Positions 55,988 through 64,000 of a stretch of 64,000 nt of DNA are shown piece after piece. The notes under the pieces are model-generated. The model saw nothing but the letters and a program-made list of their open reading frames with translations, was not told the DNA's origin and made no database searches. Made by a program: the position numbers and the translations under genes. Numbering within the stretch: position 1 is the stretch's first letter; each line of letters begins with the position of its first letter. The stretch is from positions 3,968,001 through 4,032,000 of the forward strand of contig SMSO01000034.1 of NCBI GenBank assembly GCA_004764695.1, read 5' to 3'. Source of the stretch: Schizochytrium sp. TIO01 (lineage: Eukaryota; Protista; Bigyra: Labyrinthulomycetes).

Positions 55988-58900
55988 ATGCAGTCAGTCA
56001 GCCGGCGAAGTAGTGCCAGTAGTGGCGGCTTCGCAGACATTGACGCGTACTTCTTATCACTTGGAGAAGGTCCGAGGCCTCGATGCAGTAGCGGCGGAGA
56101 TAAAAGCGTCCAAAGCACTGCAAGTTCAAGGCTTCCCTGGACTTTAGAGGTGAATGCAGATCGTCCCAGAAATGATCTTGGGTATACTGAGAAAGCCTCC
56201 TTGGCGTCGTCTCCAACAGTGACGCCAAAAACACCTCGCACAAAGCCAAGTTCGATGTCAAGATGGCCCAGTCCAGGCACCACCTTTTCTGCAAGCATGC
56301 AAAGTGGAGTTGAGGACGACCAAGAATTTGTATCTGTTAGTGATGTAACAAGAGATCTCTTGGACGATGCCAGGCGTTTGGCAGGGTCTTCGCGTGCTGG
56401 TGAAAGACATCGTCACTCAACGATGTCGTTCTCAGATCGCAGTGCAACATCACCCATGCATGTGAGACCATATGGGCTAACCTCAGAGACAAAGCAACAA
56501 AGGTCAGAAATACAAAGTTATCGCCATAATGAAGTTAGTGATGGATTAGCTAAGGTTGTTCAGGAGCAGCGAAATGAGATCGATAAGCTCCGGGTAGAAA
56601 TTCGCTCCAAGAACGTGGAGCTACGTGGTGCTCGTCAGTCTGCGGAGGAGGAACAGATCGGAAGTCGTGCCCTTCGAAGGGCACTTGAAGACTTCGAGTC
56701 TCGTTTTGAGCAGGAGGTAAGGATGCGAAAAGCTGCTGAAGCGAAACTTGCGAATCATGCAGTGACAAGCAACGCCTTCGAGGAGACGCGCCGGGGCCTG
56801 CACAAAGCACAGCATGAGCGCGACGTTGCTAGTAAAGAGGCCAAACGTGCAAACAAGCTACGCGAAGAAGAATCAAAACTGTATGCAGAATCTAACGCAA
56901 CCCTTCGTGCGAAAGTCGCGAAACTCGAAAAGGATAACGCTCGCCTGACTCATTCTTTGGAAAGAAATGAGTTAGCGCTGTCGGAAGCCACCAACAAGCA
57001 AGGAGAGCTGAGTGCAGCTCGGCAACGACATGTCGAGGAACTCGAAAAAGAGCTTAATGAAGCACTTATGCGTGCGAGGGACCTTGCATCAACTAAAGAC
57101 CATGCTGAATCACGTCTCTTGCAACTGCAAGGTGTTTCTGCGCGTGCACAGCTCTTTTCGGAACGTCTTGAAGAAGCTGAAGAAGAGTTAGATGATCTTC
57201 GAAAGACATGCTCTGCAGCACAAAAAATGGAGCGGGAGGTTCTGGGACAATGCAGAAATCTAGAGACGCAGTTGCAGGCCATGGAGAATAATTTTGCTTC
57301 GGCTGAAGCTCGCGCAATACAAGCGGAGGCTCAACTCGAAGCCTTGGTCCACGATCGCTCAAATAGAGCAGTAGACCGCGTGGAACTTGACCGCATTCGT
57401 GTCGATTTACAATCTACCAAGACATCCGTGCAAAACCTCTCGGATGAAAAAAACTCACTTGCAAAGAAACTGGCGGCAAGTGAAAAATCGAAGCAAATTC
57501 TTATGGATCAGATGCATGAGTGTCAGCGAGCACTTCAAATAATTCAGCTGCGCCTGACACAAATTTGCTCTACTGGGTCGCCAGGCTATTTTGGTAACAA
57601 TACGGATTCTGGACATGAGCCGATTGACTCTACAGACAATAATACTGCTAAAATGGAAGAAGACGCATTGCTTTTGGAGATGAGCAAACTGGCTAGAAGT
57701 GAAGTGCTAGGAGTTTTACAGCCAGTGCTGCGCTCACTCAGTGCTTTGGAGAAACTCCATCTTCAAATTAAGAAGCAACTTCACTCAGCAGAAAGTAAAC
57801 TTGAAAGTGGTCGTAAAGAATCTCAAGAGGTTTCGCTTAGCGTTACGGAACTTGAAACACAGATTCGCAGACTCGAGACAGAAAATGCTCAGATTCGTGA
57901 CCGCTTACGCCAAAAACAAACAGAACTTGCTGAGCAAACTGAACAACTACAAGAAGCTCATCACTGTGTTGTGGCCTTAGAGGGAGAATTGTATCGCGAT
58001 CGTGACGCACAGCAGCGAATGACGCACTCTGTCCGGCGCAGGCTGCTCCGTGCGCAATTGGATTGTTTGACTGGGTCTGTTCTCGTCCGGCCACCCAAAG
58101 ATCTCGCAAACTATGATGTTGAAGATAATCTTGCAGACCTTGCGGAGACAGTTGCTCGACTTTTGGATCAGAAAAGCCAAGCAGCTGAAATAAATGCATC
58201 CCGCGTGAAAGATTTGGAGAGTCGTCTTTACATGTCTTCCCGTGATCGACTCAGCGCAAGCCGCATTGGAACACCAACTCGAGGAGAAGTTGGTATGACA
58301 AGTTCGTCACCTCAACTTCTTCAACTACCTGGGAGCAATGATTCAAGGCATGAGGCTGCGCCTCAGTCTCCTTACGCTGATAAGCATTTTCGTGATACAG
58401 AGGTAATGTTGCGTGCTTTGAGGTTGGCAATGCTTTGTTTACAGTCTGCACTCGTCAGACTTGACCAAATACGCTCGTGTCCAGTGTTCTGCTCTCATTC
58501 GATGACACCTGCCTTGCAAGATCTGTATGCTTGGTCAGAACGGCTCTTCTCCGCAATACTTCCTTCCGATGTGTCACCTAATCCATTTAAGAGGACCGCC
58601 AGTCGTGAGATCCTGCGACGGAAGACAGGTACAAAGATAACATTTCGAACTTTAGTGAAGGTGGTTGTCTGTTGGATGAAATTACGGCTGCGCGTTCAGC
58701 GGCATACCTCGAACACTGGAGCGGAGGTACTACGGGGCCTCGGTCTCCCAGGCGGCCAATTTTTGCAAAACCGACAACCCACAGAGAGTGAGTTACACTT
58801 GGTCCTAAATGAATTTTCTTCGGATTCTAGTGACGTTCAGTTGTGGAATTCACTAGCTAAGGCCTTCGCAATAGACGAATTGCTAGGTAGAAAGCACGTC

Positions 58901-59512
58901 TGCTTATTGCCCAAGCTGGAAACGGGTCAGATGCAAGTAAACGTCGACAGCAACGTGTCCTGTCAGGCGTTAAAAGCTTCCCTAGTACAGGTGTTCCATC
59001 CTGTAGAAGAAGAGCGCCGCGCACTGGAGGACTTTCGGCATGCCCTCATGTACTACGAGAATGAGCTTGGTCGAGAGTTAGAATCTTGGCGAAGCAAAGC
59101 TCAGGCACGTGCTAGTGCATGTGCAAGCATTCCAATTTTAGAGCGCGAGGAACAAAGAGAAAATGTGAATGGTTCATCTTATCGAAATTCGTCACTAATT
59201 AAGGGTGGACAATCCTACATATTAGACCCACAGGACCTGAGTTTCACTAATCTAGAAGATGATGAAGGTGATAGAACCTTACCTTGGAGCTCGACGCGCG
59301 AGGGCCCGGTAGCTCGTCAGCTTTTATCTTCTGATGGGCAAGAATGTGCTGCAACTGCTTCTATCAGCGCAAACAAGTCAAGTAAACAAGTAGAGGTATT
59401 GCAACGACTCCGCCAAGAGCAAAGAGATGCTCAGGCGGACTTGGAGCGAGCTTTAGAACAATTGAATACTCAGATAGGCAATGAGATGGATTTTCCTTCC
59501 CAGGAAATGTAA
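55988..59512 (+). CDS. Long coiled-coil protein (1174 aa), possibly centrosomal/basal-body
   Basis: Ser-rich N-terminus, then about 500 aa of heptad E/K/R/L/Q-rich coiled coil, then a FRTLVKVVVCWMKLR motif and a short C-terminal coiled coil. Confidence 0.88.
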   Translation: MQSVSRRSSASSGGFADIDAYFLSLGEGPRPRCSSGGDKSVQSTASSRLPWTLEVNADRPRNDLGYTEKASLASSPTVTPKTPRTKPSSMSRWPSPGTTFSASMQSGVEDDQEFVSVSDVTRDLLDDARRLAGSSRAGERHRHSTMSFSDRSATSPMHVRPYGLTSETKQQRSEIQSYRHNEVSDGLAKVVQEQRNEIDKLRVEIRSKNVELRGARQSAEEEQIGSRALRRALEDFESRFEQEVRMRKAAEAKLANHAVTSNAFEETRRGLHKAQHERDVASKEAKRANKLREEESKLYAESNATLRAKVAKLEKDNARLTHSLERNELALSEATNKQGELSAARQRHVEELEKELNEALMRARDLASTKDHAESRLLQLQGVSARAQLFSERLEEAEEELDDLRKTCSAAQKMEREVLGQCRNLETQLQAMENNFASAEARAIQAEAQLEALVHDRSNRAVDRVELDRIRVDLQSTKTSVQNLSDEKNSLAKKLAASEKSKQILMDQMHECQRALQIIQLRLTQICSTGSPGYFGNNTDSGHEPIDSTDNNTAKMEEDALLLEMSKLARSEVLGVLQPVLRSLSALEKLHLQIKKQLHSAESKLESGRKESQEVSLSVTELETQIRRLETENAQIRDRLRQKQTELAEQTEQLQEAHHCVVALEGELYRDRDAQQRMTHSVRRRLLRAQLDCLTGSVLVRPPKDLANYDVEDNLADLAETVARLLDQKSQAAEINASRVKDLESRLYMSSRDRLSASRIGTPTRGEVGMTSSSPQLLQLPGSNDSRHEAAPQSPYADKHFRDTEVMLRALRLAMLCLQSALVRLDQIRSCPVFCSHSMTPALQDLYAWSERLFSAILPSDVSPNPFKRTASREILRRKTGTKITFRTLVKVVVCWMKLRLRVQRHTSNTGAEVLRGLGLPGGQFLQNRQPTESELHLVLNEFSSDSSDVQLWNSLAKAFAIDELLGRKHVCLLPKLETGQMQVNVDSNVSCQALKASLVQVFHPVEEERRALEDFRHALMYYENELGRELESWRSKAQARASACASIPILEREEQRENVNGSSYRNSSLIKGGQSYILDPQDLSFTNLEDDEGDRTLPWSSTREGPVARQLLSSDGQECAATASISANKSSKQVEVLQRLRQEQRDAQADLERALEQLNTQIGNEMDFPSQEM

Positions 59513-59530
59513 AAAAAAAAGCAATCAAAT

Positions 59531-60520
59531 TTACTCCTTCTCCTCGCCGTCGCTGGTCCAGAGCGTAAGGTTATCGCGAAGAAGCTGCATGATGAGGGTG
59601 GCGTCCTTGTAAGACTCCTCCTGGAGAGAGTCGAGCTCGGCGATAGCGCTATCTGTAAATTTTTCACGTAGGCATTAATCGATGAAGATGTTTGTCGTGA
59701 TTGGTTATATAGGGGCACATCATTCGTTAGTAAACTGTTTAATCAAATCTCTGCATGTAAACATCGAGCATCAATCACTCTAAAGGGTGGCCTGCTCAAG
59801 AAAGGCGTTTCCTTTTACATAATAAAAGATTATGAGGAACTTTTACAGTAAAAGTATAATTTGTTCGAAAAAACTTACCAAAAGCCCGCTTAGCAAGGTC
59901 GCAGGCCTGCTCCTGCTCAGCAAGAATTTCATAGTAGAAGACCGACAGGTTCAATGCAAGACCAAGGCGGATAGGGTGAGTGGGGGGAAGACCATCCTCA
60001 GGGTCCTCGGCGATAGTCTGAGCCTGCTTGTATGCATCGAGGGCGGCCTCGGCACAGTCACGGCGCATCTCGTCGAGCTTGAACTCGGCGAGGTAACGGT
60101 GGTAGTCACCGCTCATCTTGTAATAGAAGACCTGGGACTCGGCCTTCTCGGGTCCCTTCATGTTCTCAGCCTGGGGGATGAGGTTGTCCTTAATGATGTT
60201 GAGGATTTCGTCACAGACATCGTCGAGCTCGTCCTCGACCTTCTTGCGGTAGGCAGCAACCTTGGCGACCTTGGAGTCGTCGCCCTTCATCTTCTCCTTA
60301 GCCTCGATAGAGGAGAGCACACGCCAGCTGGCACGGCGGGCACCAATCACGTTCTTATAGGCAACACTCAAAAGGTTACGCTCCTCAACGGAGAGCTCGC
60401 GGTCGCCCTGGGCAACAGCCTTCATGTACAAACCATGTCGTCGTAGCGCTCGGCCTGCTCGGCGAGGCGAGCGTGGTACACGCAGTCATCGCGCGAAAGG
60501 TCAGAAATGTAGGACTCCAT
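59531..60520 (-). CDS. 14-3-3 protein, about 254 aa, 2 coding exons, with an apparent 1-nt deletion
   Basis: ATG 60520: [30 protein letters not shown]. One base is missing in the T run at 60430-60432. It then continues MKAVA...[50 protein letters not shown]. Intron 59878(GT)-59653(AG). Last exon [40 protein letters not shown] ends at 59531. Confidence 0.97.
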
Positions 60521-60524
60521 TGTG

Positions 60525-61562
60525 CTATATATCAGCAAGTTCGAAAAACGACTCTGCTATCAATAATTTATTTGTTCATTTATTTACATCACGCAACTCC
60601 AAATTATCGTTAGTCATTCATTCATTCATTCATTCATCTATCCCTCACGCCCTATCGTCATCTTGATATCGGCCATTATGGCTCCTTCCTTCTCTTTCTT
60701 TTATGCCCCACCTCAAATCATTCTTTAAAATATAATCTCTCACTCGCCACGATTCGGGAACAGCAACATCGATATTTACGCCCGATCTAGCACATCAGCT
60801 GGCATTGCCAACCTTCACTGGAGCCGGAGACGCAACCGACGGGCTTCTGGTTATTGAACGAATAGTTTAAAATCGAAGAAAGACTGAGGAGAGTAAATTG
60901 AAAGAAGTGTGTTCAACATGAAACCAGAGAAAGAACAAAAAAAAGAACAAAAAGGACAGATCAAAAGTATAAAGAAAAGGACGAAGACCCGGCGGCCTCG
61001 GCCTCAAGCGCATGGTGGCTTCGAAATTTTGTTTCCTCTATATTCTCCGCGGCTCCAACCCTGACAGAAGACCTCTATCGCTGCTTCTGTGTACCTCAAC
61101 CTGTCCTTGAATCGTCCGTATTTCTTTTCAATCCTCTTTATTATTCGTTCGTCCTTTTCTTTTTTGACCTCTTCTTCGTGAAGCCTCATGATGAAGCGCT
61201 TGCTTTGCCGCCCGGAATCCAAAGCGCCTAGTAAGCCACCGTGAACCTAGAGACCGACGCCTGGATCCAAAGGCCTGAGAAGGCGGAGAGGAAAAGCAAC
61301 TGTCACAGCAGACTTTGCGCAAGAGAGCAGAGCGGAGAAGAGGAGAGGGAAGAAAGAAGAAGGCTTTCTTCGCTTCTTTTTCTATATATCTCATTTCTAT
61401 CTATTTCTATCCAAGTCGTCTCCGCCTCATGCGCGCCTCTGCTGAGGCAGGCGACGGCAGGGGCTAAAGGGCAGCAGGGAGGCAAAGAGGAGGGCTATCC
61501 GGGGAGGTGACGGCGGCGCTGCGAGAGCGCGCGCAAGAGCGCGGTCAGCAAGAGCGACGTAC
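60525..61562 (-). other. Putative ~1-kb 5'-UTR intron of the 14-3-3 gene
   Basis: On the minus strand, CAG|GTACGT donor at 61562 and GCTGATATATAG|CACAATG acceptor 4 nt upstream of the ATG. The GTACGT donor is also used by CDK intron 3. Inference without transcript data. Confidence 0.45.
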
Positions 61563-63900
61563 CTGTTGCTTGCTTGCGGTTGGCGATCTGGTGAAGCGAG
61601 GAGGTCGGTGCTCCTCTTCCACTACCTCACAAAATATCAGTGTACTCAGAGGTGAAAGCTACACGTCAGTTGGTGTTTTTCTCTAACTTTATTTGGGGTG
61701 TTTTAGGAGGTACTCCACTGGAAATCCCGTGTGGAACATCTGCGCTTGATTGCTGCAATATGATATGCTGTGGGGTTTGCAAAGAGGAGAGTGCGCTCCT
61801 GTAGTTTTCTAGTGGCGCCAGGAGACGGGGTATATGGTAATCTAATTAAATTATCCGAGAGGTAAAAGGTGCATGTTTGAAAAGGGTGAAGCCCAGAAGC
61901 TGAGAGGGATGGAGGCCAGAGAGGGAAGGAGGGCGACCACTGAGGAGTCCGTTAGCGATGAAAGGGGGCCGGCAAAACCCCCCATATATCTCGTACTTCA
62001 ACTTCAAACTCCTGAGAGGTAAAAAAACGAAACGATAGCGAGAAAAGAATAAAATTGGAGATGGAAAGAAAACAGACAGTGCATCTTAGCGCCCCATCCA
62101 AAGCCATAAGAACGAAGGAAACCCAAACAATGATTAGCGAAGAAAGAGAGAAAGGGAGAGGTTACTTGTATTACCCTGTTCCCTCCTATCGCGATCTCTT
62201 CTTTCGCAAATAAGTTTTAGTTTGACGTAAAAAAGTGAACGTTTTGCACAACATCATAACTTGAATGGGCGATTTTAAACTTTATTTTAACTTATAATAA
62301 TTATTATTATTTAAACATATAACGTATTTAAAATTTAAATTAGAACAATATTATAAGAGTGAAGTCCCTCTTATTATTTAAAATTTTTTAAAATACCATT
62401 TCTAGGCTTGTTTTTGTTTTTTAATTTACACCCACAAGATAGTAAAAGCCAAAATATGCCTTGAAAGTAGCAGGTATTAGTAATAATACTTAATAGTTTG
62501 CTATTTCTAAATTCATTTATAATTTGAGTTGTGCAAAGCAGTTATCTTAGAGGCAGGTAGTGAACAGAAGAAAAAAGCAAGACGAAAGATCCGTCGCGGC
62601 ACGACAGAAGAAAGAGACCTGATACCAATACGTCTTCTCCGAGCAATAGACATATACATCCCAGGGAGAGGGCACTTGCATCGACTGCTTGAGAGGCCCT
62701 CGACCACGGCTCCTCCTCGTCTTTCCTTGCACCTCGCTTGCCTTCGGTATCTCATGGCCCACCGACAACAGCTTCATTTTGTGCAGTACCTCTCCAGAGC
62801 AGAGAGATGAGATGTGTTGTTCAATCTGCACTTAGGCCTCTTTCCTCACAATAATCCTAATTCTACCTTCGACTCAGAGTCCTTTCATTGATCATGGCGC
62901 TACTTTTGACTATTTTTGTACCTGCAATGCATTTGAGTGGGTTGCTTTTGCCCAAGTTAAAAGATTTTAACCCGGCGAGAGTGCCCCTTTCGCTCTCTAG
63001 CTACAGCGTTGGAAACCTCCCTTTGAATTTCCACGCAAAAATTCATCAGTAGCAGTAGGACCTAGGCTACTCTGAAAACTCTAGACTAGAGGTACGCCGC
63101 GAAGCCTGTCTGTTGACCTCAGGCTGATGATGGGCAGCAGTTCCTTCCCTGGCGGCCTGCCTGTGGAGCAGCGTGTGCGTTGTGGGTGGCGCCGAGGCGG
63201 CCCAGCACGGCTTCTACTCCTCCGCCGCTAGCGCTCCCGATCGGCGTAGATCATCAGCGATATTCATTCATCGCGAGAAAAGCCATTTTCCTTTTTCATT
63301 TATTATTCCATTAGTTATTTATTTATTTATTTATTCTATAATAGCTAACATTGTATATTTATTCTACAATAACTAACATTGTAAACATCCTGTTTAAATA
63401 GAAAAATTAAAAAAAACAGGCCAGAAAGAAAGGGCCTGCGGCGGCTTGGAATCCACGCAACATATGGTGATATCATACATACATACATAGATGCATACAT
63501 ACTCTTGGTCGGGCTGCCTGAAAGAGGTCGTTCGAAGGACTTGCAAGCGCCTGCGTGGGCACGCAGTAAATAAGCACCTCCTACTGGGAGCAGGCAGGCG
63601 CGTAAACGGCCTACGTGCAGATCATAACATAGCACGCATCGGTGCGAGCACAGTCGCTCTCTCCGAGCACCATCCTGTAGAACATACATGAGAACAAACA
63701 ACTGGTTGCAGCAAGCATGGGCTTTATTTGATAGAGACAGCTGGCCATTGCACGATTGCACGGCGCCTGCTGGGTTGTATGAAGGAGGAGTGGAGTGAAT
63801 CACATTATGCAGAGCAGTGTTCCCTTCGGAAATTGCGATGGATCACAAACCATTCATGGATCGTGGTTATTGTTCATGGAACGTTTGGGACATCGAAGGA

Positions 63901-63922
63901 TCTCTCTCTCTCTCTCTCTCTC
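63901..63922. repeat. (TC)n microsatellite
   Basis: Direct reading. Confidence 0.9.
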
Positions 63923-64000
63923 GCTCTCTTTTGTTTTCTCTATCTAATAATGGGTAGAAGGGGCCTAGGCCTTTCTGTAGCAAACGACTACTCGGGGTGC

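Noticed and set aside
59796-59878. ORF-track C-terminus of 14-3-3 ([10 protein letters not shown]...)
   Set aside because: Read-through into the intron. The true conserved C-terminus is in exon 59652-59531.
23882-60520. A functional signalling gene cluster (DOCK-like, RGS receptor, RhoGAP, 14-3-3)
   Set aside because: These genes are interspersed with unrelated housekeeping genes in mixed orientation. Co-location alone gives no evidence of co-regulation in a eukaryotic genome.
1-64000. CRISPR arrays, rRNA, tRNA, telomeric arrays or intact transposase/RT genes
   Set aside because: None recognised by eye. The repeats are simple microsatellites without spacers and the sequence is eukaryotic. 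tRNAscan-SE and Infernal would be needed to exclude small RNAs.

Overview
Eukaryotic nuclear DNA from an intron-poor protist. Short GT-AG introns, mostly single-exon genes, tetranucleotide-microsatellite-rich intergenic DNA and the gene set suggest a stramenopile, possibly a thraustochytrid/labyrinthulomycete (inference only). The first ~14.9 kb has no credible intact gene: microsatellites, AT-rich tracts and decayed coding-like remnants. About 15-61.5 kb holds ~14 genes: a frameshifted WRKY19-like Cys/His zinc-finger repeat gene, a 4-exon PSTAIRE CDK, Rab geranylgeranyltransferase alpha, a CREG-like protein, a 1442-aa orphan with weak DOCK/DHR-2-like features, USP14/Ubp6, a single-pass receptor-like RGS protein, holocytochrome c synthase, a C1-C1-CRIB-RhoGAP, an intronless 3786-aa VPS13, a low-complexity orphan, an EF-hand protein, a long coiled-coil protein and 14-3-3. 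The strongest novelty candidates are (i) the signal peptide + Cys-rich ectodomain + one TM + RGS protein, which the ORF track splits at a 1-nt frameshift, and (ii) a VPS13 with an internal PDZ-like domain whose C-terminus lacks the usual Gly-rich ATG2_C helices and ends in an actinoporin-like segment. Several 1-nt frameshifts at short homopolymers, including one in 14-3-3, most likely reflect assembly indel errors. All family calls come from motif recognition by eye; no database searches were run.
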